Shown here piece by piece: positions 53,395 to 63,595 of a stretch of DNA of 64,000 nt. Source of the DNA: an uncultured cyanobacterium (GTDB lineage: Bacteria; Cyanobacteriota; Cyanobacteriia; Cyanobacteriales; CAWCAG01); the NCBI GenBank assembly GCA_963803805.1, contig CAWDOD010000003.1, positions 416,001 to 480,000 of the forward strand, written 5' to 3'. Every line of letters begins with the position of its first letter. Within the stretch, counting starts at the first letter, position 1. The notes below the pieces were generated by a model. That model worked only from the letters and a program-made list of their open reading frames with translations. It did not search any database and was not told the DNA's origin. Position numbers and translations under genes: made by a program.

Positions 53395-53470
53395 AAAAAG
53401 AAAAAGGGCAGCCAATGACTACCCTTTAGTTAGGTATGTATGGTTGTAGTGTGCATAACTACTGCTTTAA
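53395..53470 (-). ncRNA. Candidate small RNA of about 75 nt
   Basis: TAATCT -10 box, 5' hairpin GTAGT/ACTAC, CA-rich linker, 11-bp terminator with U tract. Confidence 0.45.
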
Positions 53471-53582
53471 TGACTAGATTATTTAAGGGGAAGTTTCCCA
53501 AATCAGGTTCTCTAAAGTATTATTAAGCTTAGATAAACTACTAAGAATGAAGTTAACAATGCAATACGCACGGCCATGAAAA

Positions 53583-53608
53583 TAGGTCAGGTTATAGTAC
53601 CTGACCTA
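53583..53608. terminator. Hairpin downstream of the LMW-PTP gene
   Basis: taggtcaggt ... acctgaccta. Confidence 0.5.
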
Positions 53609-53722
53609 ATTAGATCATGTCTGAGGATTTTTAACTAAGTGTGAGGACAAATTAGTTACTTAATGTCCGCTTTTAATATCTTCTTACTCAGGGGTAATGT
53701 TAAATCTAAGAAAAGATTAAGG

Positions 53723-54208
53723 TTAAGTCTTTTTATTGCTTTCAGATTTAATTTCTTGCAACAAACCCGAACAAGCATCTAAAAGCAAATCAATTACATT
53801 ATCAAACCCTTCGGGGCCACCATAATAAGGATCAGGAACTTCTTTCTCTTGATGTTCAGAAGCATAATCACACATTAAACGTACTTTAGATTGATATTTA
53901 CCTTCTTGATCTAAAGCCAGAATATTATTATAGTTATCTCGATCCATAGCTAAAATCAAGTCAAACTCCGCAAAATCTGACCTGATAAACTGCCTAGCTT
54001 CACCTTTAAGTTCAATGCCTCGTTTCTTCGCAGCAGAATTCATACGCCGATCGGGAGGAGAACCAATATGATAGCTGGAAGTCCCGGCAGAATCACAAAC
54101 AATCTCATCAGTTAAACCAGCTTCACTAATAAGGTAGTTCATAATATTTTCTGCTGAAGGGGAACGGCAAATATTTCCTAAGCAAACAAAAAGTAGTTTT
54201 TCAGCCAT
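53723..54208 (-). CDS. Low-molecular-weight protein tyrosine phosphatase
   Basis: VCLGNICRSP, DSAGT, VPDPYYG. Confidence 0.95.
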   Translation of the reverse strand: MAEKLLFVCLGNICRSPSAENIMNYLISEAGLTDEIVCDSAGTSSYHIGSPPDRRMNSAAKKRGIELKGEARQFIRSDFAEFDLILAMDRDNYNNILALDQEGKYQSKVRLMCDYASEHQEKEVPDPYYGGPEGFDNVIDLLLDACSGLLQEIKSESNKKT

Positions 54209-54440
54209 TATTTTGCAGATTAAGTGATAAAGAAATAGGCGAGTGATCGCTTTTCCACCTTATGACAAACGCCAATGACAGAAAATGCACCCTATCGCCT
54301 TTTCCTATAGTCTTTAGAGAACTCCAATAAATAAAATATCCTCACAAAGTATAAGATTTTAGCGACTAGCTACTAGCTATTAGCTTATTGCTTTTGGATA
54401 AGTCTTTTCTTGGTTCTCTGTTATTAATCTAGACACTCAA

Positions 54441-54785
54441 CTACATACCGGGGAGATTTAAACCACTAGTAAGTTCTTCCATTCGCTCTCGCATTGTCTC
54501 TGTCGACTTACTATAGGCATCTTTCATCGCCGCAGTTACTAATGCGGAAAGAGCTTCTTCTCCTTTACCCATAGCATCAGGAGAAATAGTTACACTCTTT
54601 GGTTCTTGATTACCGCTCATTACTACCTTAACTAGCCCATCCTCACTTTGCCCTTCAATTTCCATTAATTCTAATTCAGTTTGGAGTTGTTGCGCTCCTT
54701 GTTGAACTTGCTGAGCTTTTTTGAAAGCTTCGGTAAGTTCTTTCATTTTGCCTAAACCGAAGCCAAATCCTTGTCCTTTAGTCAT
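54441..54785 (-). CDS. YbaB/EbfC nucleoid-associated protein
   Basis: [29 protein letters not shown]. Confidence 0.92.
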   Translation of the reverse strand: MTKGQGFGFGLGKMKELTEAFKKAQQVQQGAQQLQTELELMEIEGQSEDGLVKVVMSGNQEPKSVTISPDAMGKGEEALSALVTAAMKDAYSKSTETMRERMEELTSGLNLPGM

Positions 54786-54867
54786 ATCTAATTCTCAATT
54801 ATCTTCAAGTTACCAGCTTACCTTAGCCTAGTGATTGGCGATCGCATCATAAAGTATATAACCAACC

Positions 54868-55836
54868 CTAAAACTTACCTAACATTTTAACTTCTGGCTC
54901 TAAACATAAAGACCAGTGATATTCTACTTGCTCTTGAACATAACGAATAAGCCGGAAAATATCGCTAGCTGTAGCACCACCACAATTAAGGATAAAGTTA
55001 GCATGGCGATGAGCTATTTGGGCCCCGCCAATTTGATAGCCTTTCAAGCCCAATTGCTCAATTAACCGACCAGCAGAATGAGGTTTAGGGTTGCGGAAAA
55101 CACTACCACAACTGGGGAGATGATAGGGTTGAGAACTTTTACGCTGTCGTAAGTTTCTGTTTGTGTCTTCCATGACTTCTGCTCGACTAAATCCTGGTTG
55201 TAGCTGGAAAGTCGCTTGGGTTACTAAGTTGTTCTCTCCTTGTAAGCTGGAAGTACGGTAGCTAAAATTCAAGTCTGAAGCTTTAAGGCGCTCAACATTA
55301 CCCGTGGGGGAAAGAACCATAGTATCTACGAGGCTATCTGCTACACATTTACTATGGGCCCCAGCATTCATTACTACTCCTCCCCCTACGGTTCCAGGTA
55401 TACCCACTGCCCATTCTAAACCTCGCCAGCCTCGTTTAGCTGCTTGGTAAGCAATACGAGCAATAGGTTCCCCAGCACCAGCAGTAATTTGCCCTGTTTC
55501 GAGATCAAATTGAGTGTGGCGCAAGTAACGAGTACCAACTACTAAGCCAGGAATACCGCGATCGCTAACGAGTAAGTTGGAACCGGCCCCTAAAAGAGTG
55601 ATAGGTAAGTCGCGAGATTTAGCCCACTCAAAGCTAGCTAATAAATCTTCCCATCGCCTTGGAGTAACATACCATTGGGCAGGACCTCCTACCCGGAACG
55701 AGGTTATTTGCCCTAGATTGAACTGGGGTTTGATTAGACAATCAGTTCCTGCTAGATTAATTGGAGATTTGATTGGTTCGTTCACACCAGGAAAGGTGGT
55801 TTTGGTTACGCTAGAAGGAGAATAGGACAGTGTCAT
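54868..55836 (-). CDS. murB: UDP-N-acetylmuramate dehydrogenase
   Basis: GAGSNLL, GIPGTVGG.V.MNAGA, GSVFRNP, HANFI. Confidence 0.97.
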   Translation of the reverse strand: MTLSYSPSSVTKTTFPGVNEPIKSPINLAGTDCLIKPQFNLGQITSFRVGGPAQWYVTPRRWEDLLASFEWAKSRDLPITLLGAGSNLLVSDRGIPGLVVGTRYLRHTQFDLETGQITAGAGEPIARIAYQAAKRGWRGLEWAVGIPGTVGGGVVMNAGAHSKCVADSLVDTMVLSPTGNVERLKASDLNFSYRTSSLQGENNLVTQATFQLQPGFSRAEVMEDTNRNLRQRKSSQPYHLPSCGSVFRNPKPHSAGRLIEQLGLKGYQIGGAQIAHRHANFILNCGGATASDIFRLIRYVQEQVEYHWSLCLEPEVKMLGKF

Positions 55837-55939
55837 AAGAATACTTTTTTCAGGTGGGATCTAAACTAAACAGGTCATAACTACTTGTGGAAGTAAAGCT
55901 CCCTGATGGTATTAATTTCTTCAGGGTTCTTAATCTTAT

Positions 55940-57436
55940 TTATCCCGCTAGTATGATCGGAATAGTCTGATTAAGATTTCCTGCTCCTAGAAATAGTGCC
56001 AGATCCCCAGATTGAAGAATGTCTAGCAAAAAGCTACTAAGAGAAGATAGAGGTTGGTAAAATACTTGAGGATGATGGGTCGCAATGGCCTGGGATAATT
56101 TTTGTCCGGTAATTTTACCTGAGTCAGGTTCTCCGGCACTATATATATCAGTAACTACCACTACATCAGCTTTGCTAAAGGCTTGAGCAAATTCTTCTAG
56201 AAACGTTAGGGTACGGCTGTAGCGATGGGGCTGGAAAATTGCTACTACTCTTTTTAAGGTGCTATTTTGAGATTCTTGGCATAGTCTTAAGCGGGCTGCT
56301 GTTAGGGTAACGCTAATTTCGCTAGGGTGATGGGCATAATCATCAACAAAGGTAACGCCTTTATGTTCACCTCGGTATTCAAAGCGTCTTTTTGCTCCTT
56401 TAAAAGTTGCTAAGCCTTGGGCAATTACAGCAAATTCTAAACCGAGATGTCTACCTACAGCAACTGCAGCCAGGGCATTGCTAAGATTATGTGTTCCTAA
56501 TAAAGGAAGTTCTAATTGACCGAGGACTGTTCCTCTTTCCCAAATCTCAGCCTTAGATCCCCAGGAATGATAAGTAACATTTTTCACGGTATAGTCTGCC
56601 TCTTTTTCAGGATCGAGACTATAACTGATCTTTGGTTGGAAGGTGTTGCTTACTGTTTCGCAATCAATACATCCCACCAATGTTTCACACTGACTCTCAA
56701 AAGTCTTGAAGATATCAACTACTTCTTCGAGACTTTGGTAATGGTCTGGATGATCTAATTCGATGTTAGTTATAATACCGACGCTAGCGGAAATTTTGGT
56801 TAAAGAGCCATCAGACTCATCAGCTTCTGCAACTAAGAATGGTCCGTTACCTAAACGTGCATTTCCTTCCCAAGCATCAACCTCCCCACCAACAATAATA
56901 GTTGGATCAACTCCTGCTTGGAGTAGCATATAGCCAATTAAACTACTCGTAGTTGTCTTGCCATGGGTTCCTGCCACAGCAATGCTTTTGTACTCTTTTA
57001 CCAATGCTGCTAACAGATCAGAGCGATGGAAGATTACGCAACCTTTTTCTTGGGCAGCTTGGTACTCAACATTCGTTGAATTGATAGCTGTAGAACAGAT
57101 TACTTGGGGTAAACTTATCCCTAGGTTATCTTCCTTATGGGGGGCAATTAATGTTGCTGTTTCCTTAGTTTTGCCTCCTACGGTGGCTGTTGCATTTAAG
57201 TGATCGCCACTTACACAATTCGGGTCTTGGAAATAATCCAAGTTAGCGGCTTGTTGAGAATCAAAGATATGAGTACCAACAGATTCCAAACGCTTAGTAA
57301 TATGACTAGAACGGAGGTCAGAACCAGATACTGGCAACTGACGCTTGGCTAAAACATAAGCTAGAGCTGACATTCCAATACCGCCAATACCGATAAAATG
57401 GAATGGTTTACCACTAAAGTTAACGGTTTTCGACAT
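55940..57436 (-). CDS. murC: UDP-N-acetylmuramate--L-alanine ligase (likely start ATG 57436 after GAGGAG)
   Basis: HFIGIGGIGMS, GTHGKTTT, EADESD, DDYAHHP, FQPHRYSR. Confidence 0.97.
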   Translation of the reverse strand: MSKTVNFSGKPFHFIGIGGIGMSALAYVLAKRQLPVSGSDLRSSHITKRLESVGTHIFDSQQAANLDYFQDPNCVSGDHLNATATVGGKTKETATLIAPHKEDNLGISLPQVICSTAINSTNVEYQAAQEKGCVIFHRSDLLAALVKEYKSIAVAGTHGKTTTSSLIGYMLLQAGVDPTIIVGGEVDAWEGNARLGNGPFLVAEADESDGSLTKISASVGIITNIELDHPDHYQSLEEVVDIFKTFESQCETLVGCIDCETVSNTFQPKISYSLDPEKEADYTVKNVTYHSWGSKAEIWERGTVLGQLELPLLGTHNLSNALAAVAVGRHLGLEFAVIAQGLATFKGAKRRFEYRGEHKGVTFVDDYAHHPSEISVTLTAARLRLCQESQNSTLKRVVAIFQPHRYSRTLTFLEEFAQAFSKADVVVVTDIYSAGEPDSGKITGQKLSQAIATHHPQVFYQPLSSLSSFLLDILQSGDLALFLGAGNLNQTIPIILAG

Positions 57437-58320
57437 TAAATCTCCTCGCACACCATACCACACACCAAAACCAAGTTGATAATACGCGATATCATACCAA
57501 GAATTCTTTTTTAGAGATACACTAAATAAAAATTTTCTGATGATAAGTGCATGATTACTACAGGTTAATTTATCCATCAATACCGTTGTATTGCTGGTAA
57601 AAAATGATTTCTATATTAATCAGAGCAATTTCTTATTTGTCCGGAAAATTATCATAGTCTGGCTTTTGAGATTCTTAATTTATGAATTTCTAGGGAGTAT
57701 CATAATTATTGGCTTCATAAGACTATAATGTCCATTGCTTAAGGATGACAGGCAAGGGAACTTGTCTATGGTAAGTACAACAATTGATAGACTATTTAAG
57801 GTATATAGTCCACCTGATTTCATTATTAGAGAAGTAGCCAAGGATTCTTTGGCATTTTAGAGACAGAACCTGACAAAAATACTATGCTAAGATAATCAAC
57901 TGAACTTAATTGAGTAGCTGTAGTGAGTGCTGCTTAATTCTCGTTTTGGAATCTATTTCAGATTTCTCTTTTCTTAGAGCTTTGCCCTAATACTAAGTAA
58001 GTGAAAATTAGATATTTTGAGTTATCAAGCTATTACTTTTACCCTTCACAAACTTCGTTATTTTAATAATTTTAGTTACGATAGCTTGTAATACTTGACT
58101 TTCCGCACTGTTTTAATGACATCTAGCCTTGGTAAGCTGTCAGGCATTTCTCAATGAATAGGCTTAGGGATATAGCTGTACCGCAAATAGGCTGCCCTCT
58201 TACCAACTAACCTAAAAATAATCAACCTTGCTAGTTTCGATTTGTTCTTGCTTTGCGATATGATCGGGTTTATTAAGATTTTTTTAATGTATTCATCTTG
58301 AAGATAGAGGGCAAGAAGTA

Positions 58321-59337
58321 GTGATTAGAGTAGCCATCAATGGGTTTGGACGCATCGGACGCAATTTCATGAGATGCTGGATAGGGCGAGAAAACAGTCA
58401 GTTGGAAGTAGTTGGAATCAATGATACCTCTGATCCCAACACTAACGCTCACCTACTAAAATACGATTCGATGTTGGGGAAATTCAATGCTGAAGTTAGT
58501 GCTGATGAAAATTCTCTTATCGTTAATGGTAAAACTATCAAGTGTGTCTCTGACCGCAATCCTTTAAATCTACCTTGGGATGCTTGGGGAGTTGATTTGG
58601 TCATTGAATCAACAGGGGTTTTTCGTACTAAAGACACTGCTTCTAAGCATATAGCAGCAGGGGCTAAAAAAGTTCTCATTACTGCTCCTGGTAAGGGTGC
58701 AGATATTGGTACTTATGTTGTGGGAGTTAATCACCAGGATTACGCCCACGATAAACATGATGTCTTAAGTAATGCTAGTTGTACCACTAATTGTTTAGCC
58801 CCCATCGTCAAAGTACTTAACGATAACTTTGGTATTGTCAAAGGAACAATGACCACTACCCACAGTTATACTGGGGATCAAAGAATTTTGGATGCCAGCC
58901 ACAGAGATTTACGTCGGGCTAGGGCAGCGGCTATTAATATTGTACCTACCAGTACTGGTGCGGCTCAAGCTGTAGCTTTGGTAGTGCCAGAAGTGAAAGG
59001 CAAGCTTGATGGTATTGCTTTGCGGGTTCCTACCCCTAATGTTTCTGTAGTAGATTTTGTCGCTCAAGTTGAGAAAAATACCATTGCCCAGCAAGTTAAT
59101 GATGTGTTGAGGGAAGCTTCTGAAAACTCGATGAAGGGTATTTTGGGTTATAGTGATTTGCCTTTGGTTTCCTGTGATTATCGAGGTACAGACGAATCTT
59201 CTACCGTTGATTCTAGCTTAACTATTGCTTTGGGTGGCGATATGATTAAGGTTATTGCTTGGTATGACAACGAGTGGGGTTATTCTCAAAGGGTTGTTGA
59301 CTTAGCAGAAATTGTCGCTGAACAATGGCCTTCTTAA
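58321..59337 (+). CDS. gap2: NAD(P)-dependent glyceraldehyde-3-phosphate dehydrogenase (Calvin-cycle type)
   Basis: [38 protein letters not shown]; divergent from murC. Confidence 0.92.
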   Translation: MIRVAINGFGRIGRNFMRCWIGRENSQLEVVGINDTSDPNTNAHLLKYDSMLGKFNAEVSADENSLIVNGKTIKCVSDRNPLNLPWDAWGVDLVIESTGVFRTKDTASKHIAAGAKKVLITAPGKGADIGTYVVGVNHQDYAHDKHDVLSNASCTTNCLAPIVKVLNDNFGIVKGTMTTTHSYTGDQRILDASHRDLRRARAAAINIVPTSTGAAQAVALVVPEVKGKLDGIALRVPTPNVSVVDFVAQVEKNTIAQQVNDVLREASENSMKGILGYSDLPLVSCDYRGTDESSTVDSSLTIALGGDMIKVIAWYDNEWGYSQRVVDLAEIVAEQWPS

Positions 59338-59360
59338 TAGTGGCAACGCTTTAGTCGAGA

Positions 59361-59419
59361 GGGCGGGTTGATGTGGATTTTAGCCTACTAATAATAAACC
59401 TATTAGAACCCGCCCCTAC
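59361..59419. repeat. GTAG-type REP-like inverted repeat between convergent gap2 and argZ
   Basis: gggcgggtt ... aacccgcccctac. Confidence 0.65.
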
Positions 59420-59424
59420 ATTCC

Positions 59425-61530
59425 CTAAATACTATAAGGGCTAGTTAACTTGTCCAATTGTTGTACCAACAAACTGAGGAACAAGCCTACATCTGTCACA
59501 ACACCCACAGACTCAACGGAACCGCGATCGCTTAATTTCGTGACTACAGCCGGATTGATATCTACACAAACCATCTTCACTCCAGCCGGAGTCATATTCC
59601 CAACACCGATTGAATGTAACATAGTTGAGAGCATCAGAATCATATCCGCCCCTTCTAACAAGCGAGCATATTCTGTTTGAGCTTTCACTAAATCCATTTC
59701 CGTATCAGGTAAAGGGCCATCGTCACGAATCGAACCTGCTAAACAAAAAGGAACTTGGTTACGAACACATTCATACATAACCCCTTTGCTTAAAAGCCCT
59801 GCTTCCACAGCTTGGGCGATGCTACCGCAACGGCGAATGGTATTAATCACCTTTAAATGATGGCGATGTCCTCCTCTGACAGGAACACCCCGTTGCATAT
59901 CTACCCCCAAAGAGGTTCCCATAGTAGATTGTTCAATATCATGAACAGCAATGGCATTGCCTCCTAGTAAAGTTTGGACATAACCTTCACGAATTAAATG
60001 GGAAAGGTGATGGCTGCCTCCGGTATGGATAACAACTGGTCCTGCTGTGACAACAACTTTACCGCCGCGATCACGAATTTGGCGCAATTCCCAGGCAATT
60101 TGTTCTACCACTAATTCCACACGGCGTTCACTAGAAACCCCTGCCCCCATGAAGCTAAATTCTTGGGTAGTATTGCGTTTTTCCCTAGATTCAGTTTTGC
60201 GGACGGTACGGATACCTTCTACCCCAGTAACTACTTTTTCACCAATTTCCAAGTCCCGCAAAATTTTACAACGGGCTGTTGTTTGACCTTCAGGGCTACT
60301 AATGGCAATAGCTGCATCCATGCGCTGTCCCTTTACCCGCAGCCATTCCCCATTTACTCGCACTTCCGTAGGATAAATGGTAGAAACATAGAAATCATCT
60401 GGGGCAACTCCTGCTTTATTGATGGGTTCTAGAATCGCATCCCGTTCTTCGGCGGGTAAATCGACTACTCCCAGATCAATGAGTTGGGCCGCGATTTCTT
60501 CCATCACTTCATGAGAAGGGGCAGAAACTTTAACTTCTGCATTGGAAGTACTTTGACGCTGTTCCCCTAGGCTGAAATTAAGGACTTGGAAACTACCACC
60601 AGCATTGACGATGAAATCTAAAGCGCGATTCATGATTCCCGCATCGAGGAGATGCCCTTCCATGCGGACGATGCGACTTTCTACCCCAACGTTGGCATGG
60701 ACTTCTGCTAAGACAGGTTCTGTTACTCGCAGGGTTAAGCATTTGGCAGCCCCCCCAGCTTTGAGAAATTCTGTTAAAGGAGTCTCTACCACTTCAAAGT
60801 CAAGTTCGGTAAGGCGCTTTTTCAGGGAATCGCTAGCCTTATTCATGACCACGGTAGAGTTAATGTTAACGGAGTTGCAAGCAAAGTTAACTGCATCTGC
60901 TTCTTGGATAGCAATACGCTTTTCTGGGGGGACTCGCCTTTCGATAATTTGATTGGAGTAAGCATCAAAGGCCGCAGGATAATAGAGTAGGTAGCCTCCT
61001 GCTAAAGGGCAAAAGCAAGTATCAAGGTGGTAAAAACGGTCGTCAATCAACCTCAAGGAAACTACTTCTACATCTAACCATTTAGCAATGTAGGGATGGG
61101 CATCAAGTTCGGAACGAAAACCATAACCAGCCCATAACCAACGCCCTTCTCTATCAAAAAGGGCATCTCCGGCCCCTTCAAAGGGTAAATCTTTGGGCAA
61201 TTCGTGGACGGTATAACCTTGATCAGCAAACCATTGTTTAAAATGGGGTTCTTCTCCTTGACGTTCTTTGTGGAGGAAGCGGCTAAGGACGACATTATCC
61301 CCTAACACCAGTCCGGCATTAGCGGTAAAGACCATATCGGGCCAGCCTTTTTGAGGTGTTACCAATTCCACAACAGCCCTATCTTTGAGAACATAGTAAA
61401 GCTTTTGCCACTGTTCTACAGCGCGATCGCGAGAAGATTTATGAATGTTCCCTTCCATCCAAGGATTAATCACATAATCCACATCGTAATGGTCAGGAGA
61501 ACACATGAGGAAACGAATTGAGTCAGTCAT
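59425..61530 (-). CDS. argZ: Bifunctional arginine dihydrolase / ornithine cyclodeaminase (ArgZ/AgrE)
   Basis: Amidinotransferase motifs INPWM, DMVFTANAG, FEGAGD, FYHLDT, GGAAKCL; C-terminal LOR/SDH-like GSIRDDGPLP; 701 aa. Confidence 0.92.
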   Translation of the reverse strand: MTDSIRFLMCSPDHYDVDYVINPWMEGNIHKSSRDRAVEQWQKLYYVLKDRAVVELVTPQKGWPDMVFTANAGLVLGDNVVLSRFLHKERQGEEPHFKQWFADQGYTVHELPKDLPFEGAGDALFDREGRWLWAGYGFRSELDAHPYIAKWLDVEVVSLRLIDDRFYHLDTCFCPLAGGYLLYYPAAFDAYSNQIIERRVPPEKRIAIQEADAVNFACNSVNINSTVVMNKASDSLKKRLTELDFEVVETPLTEFLKAGGAAKCLTLRVTEPVLAEVHANVGVESRIVRMEGHLLDAGIMNRALDFIVNAGGSFQVLNFSLGEQRQSTSNAEVKVSAPSHEVMEEIAAQLIDLGVVDLPAEERDAILEPINKAGVAPDDFYVSTIYPTEVRVNGEWLRVKGQRMDAAIAISSPEGQTTARCKILRDLEIGEKVVTGVEGIRTVRKTESREKRNTTQEFSFMGAGVSSERRVELVVEQIAWELRQIRDRGGKVVVTAGPVVIHTGGSHHLSHLIREGYVQTLLGGNAIAVHDIEQSTMGTSLGVDMQRGVPVRGGHRHHLKVINTIRRCGSIAQAVEAGLLSKGVMYECVRNQVPFCLAGSIRDDGPLPDTEMDLVKAQTEYARLLEGADMILMLSTMLHSIGVGNMTPAGVKMVCVDINPAVVTKLSDRGSVESVGVVTDVGLFLSLLVQQLDKLTSPYSI

Positions 61531-61727
61531 AATAAATTTAATTTAGAGTTGCGCCACCTAAGAATATTAATTCAGTCGTGTTTTTAACAAGACAAACATT
61601 TCATTTTATATTTGTTGGGCAAAGATCACAATTGGGAAATTGCTGGAGGCGGAATGATGAGGTGAGGAGATAATGGGATAATGAGAAGAAGATTTTTGAT
61701 TTTTAATTGTAGTTACCTAAGCTAAAT

Positions 61728-62909
61728 ATGCAATATCGGCGGTTTGGTCGTACAGAATTATCAATGCCTGTCTTTTCCTGTGGTGGGATGAGATATCAAC
61801 ATAAATGGCAAGATCGTCCTCTGGCAGATATTCCTCAAGATGGTCAAGATAACCTGGCAGCTACAATTAACAAGGGTTTGGAAGTTGGCATTAACCACAT
61901 CGAAACAGCTAGGGGTTATGGAACTTCAGAGATGCAGTTGGGACAAGTTTTACCTCAATTCTCTAGAGAGAAGTTGATTGTCCAGACTAAAGTTAGTCCC
62001 AAACCTGACCCCAAGGAGTTTCGTCGTCAGTTTGACAAGTCCCTTAATTACTTGCGACTTGATTATGTGGATTTGTTTGGGCTTCATGGCATTAATAATG
62101 AGGAAGTTTTAGATAATAGTATTCGTCCTGGGGGCTGTTTTGCTGAAGCGAAGAAGTTACAAGCAGCAGGGAAGGTACGCTTTATTGGTTTTTCTACCCA
62201 CGGTGCAACGGATATTATTGTTAAGACCATTGAAACGGGTTTATTTGATTATGTAAACCTGCATTGGTACTACATTAATCAATTTAATTGGCCTGCTATC
62301 GAAGCAGCTATTCGCCAGGATATGGGAGTGTTTATTATCAGTCCTTCTGATAAGGGTGGGCAACTTTATAACCCACCACCAAAATTGGTAAAACTTTGTC
62401 AACCCTTAAGCCCGATGGTTTTTAATGACCTTTTTTGTCTCAGTCATCCCCAAGTTCATACCCTTAGTTTGGGGGCTGCTAAACCAATGGATTTTGATGA
62501 ACACCTTAAAGTATTACCTCTTTTAGACCAAGCAGAGGAAATCTTACCTCCTATTTTAGAACGTTTAGAAAAAGAGGCGATCGCCGTTTTAGGAGAGGAG
62601 TGGGTGCGGAGTTGGTACGCCGGTTTACCTGATTTTACTCAAACTCCTGGACAGGTCAATATACCAATGATTTTATGGTTAAGGAATCTCGCCCTTGCTT
62701 ATGACATGGTGGATTATGGCAAAATGCGCTACAACTTGTTGGGTAATGGTGGTCATTGGTTTCCTGGTCAAAAGGCAGACCAGTTAAGGGGATTAGATTT
62801 AAGTTCTTGTTTGAAAAATAGTCCCCATAAAGCAAAAATTCCCGCTTTGTTAGCAGAGGCTGAAGAAATTTTAGGGGGAGGGGAAGTTAAGCGTTTATCT
62901 CAAAGCTAA
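61728..62909 (+). CDS. Aldo/keto reductase family oxidoreductase
   Basis: MQYRRFGRT, NHIETARGYG.SE, GKVRFIGFSTH. Confidence 0.9.
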   Translation: MQYRRFGRTELSMPVFSCGGMRYQHKWQDRPLADIPQDGQDNLAATINKGLEVGINHIETARGYGTSEMQLGQVLPQFSREKLIVQTKVSPKPDPKEFRRQFDKSLNYLRLDYVDLFGLHGINNEEVLDNSIRPGGCFAEAKKLQAAGKVRFIGFSTHGATDIIVKTIETGLFDYVNLHWYYINQFNWPAIEAAIRQDMGVFIISPSDKGGQLYNPPPKLVKLCQPLSPMVFNDLFCLSHPQVHTLSLGAAKPMDFDEHLKVLPLLDQAEEILPPILERLEKEAIAVLGEEWVRSWYAGLPDFTQTPGQVNIPMILWLRNLALAYDMVDYGKMRYNLLGNGGHWFPGQKADQLRGLDLSSCLKNSPHKAKIPALLAEAEEILGGGEVKRLSQS

Positions 62910-63205
62910 TAGTCTGTCAATTTTGACTGATTCCATTGGCTTGGCTTCATACCTAACCAGATTTGTTGTCCCGTTTCTTTGAATCCCAGCACAAGCACAT
63001 TAACCAATGAACCTATTGCTGGATAATCAGATGGAGTCATATGGCCTTTATCTTGAAAATCTGTGATTTGAACAAGACCCGTAAACCTTATTCCTGGAAG
63101 GTCAACAAATATCCCAAAAGGAAAATGCTTTGTGACTACTCCTTTCAACTTAGTTCCAATTTTTAAAGAATCTTTTGTTTCGTCCCATGATGGCAGGTTG
63201 TTCAT
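62906..63205 (-). CDS. Stand-alone S1 (OB-fold) RNA-binding domain protein
   Basis: GVVTKHFPFGIFVDL...TGLVQITD...IWLGMK. Confidence 0.75.
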   Translation of the reverse strand: MNNLPSWDETKDSLKIGTKLKGVVTKHFPFGIFVDLPGIRFTGLVQITDFQDKGHMTPSDYPAIGSLVNVLVLGFKETGQQIWLGMKPSQWNQSKLTDY

Positions 63206-63238
63206 TTTACTTCATAAGCTATCTCAAATAACTTTAGA

Positions 63239-63485
63239 TTAGAAAACATCCTCATAAATATCTGCCATATTCAACTTTAAATCAACAGAATCTAAACATA
63301 ACTCATCATCCCCGTAAATGGGAACTTATTCTACTAGCAATATTAAAACTAATAATATTATGTTCCTTACTACCTCCAGATATAGCAAAAACTTGGCCAC
63401 CAAGATATTCATGACGAATTTCGCTAGTTTGTTCTAATTGGAGATATTCTTTTGTTGTTAGCAAATTAATAGGAGATTGCATCAT
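63239..63485 (-). pseudogene. Uma2-family endonuclease remnant with internal deletion
   Basis: MMQSP..EYLQLEQTSEIRHEYLGGQVFAISGGSKEHNII..HLRG joined out of frame to DELCLDSVDLKLNMADIYEDVF*. Confidence 0.8.
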
Positions 63486-63595
63486 TTCTACCTAGTTGTA
63501 TTTAGCAACAAATTAACTTGAAATCATTACGAAATCTATAACAGGCTTTAATTACAAGAGAGATTTATTAATTAGCAATTTCTATCAAATTCCCC

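Noticed and set aside
53638..53650. TCCTCACAC on the minus strand as Yfr1 itself
   Set aside because: Only a partial motif, without the flanking hairpin arrangement
57437..57580. N-terminal extension of MurC in the ORF track
   Set aside because: GAGGAG precedes ATG 57436; the extension is not MurC-like
6152..61295. Many short antisense or overlapping ORFs in the track (e.g. 12815-13069, 21464-21763, 41380-41676, 44097-44369, 60605-60952)
   Set aside because: Shadow frames of well-supported genes with no recognisable motifs
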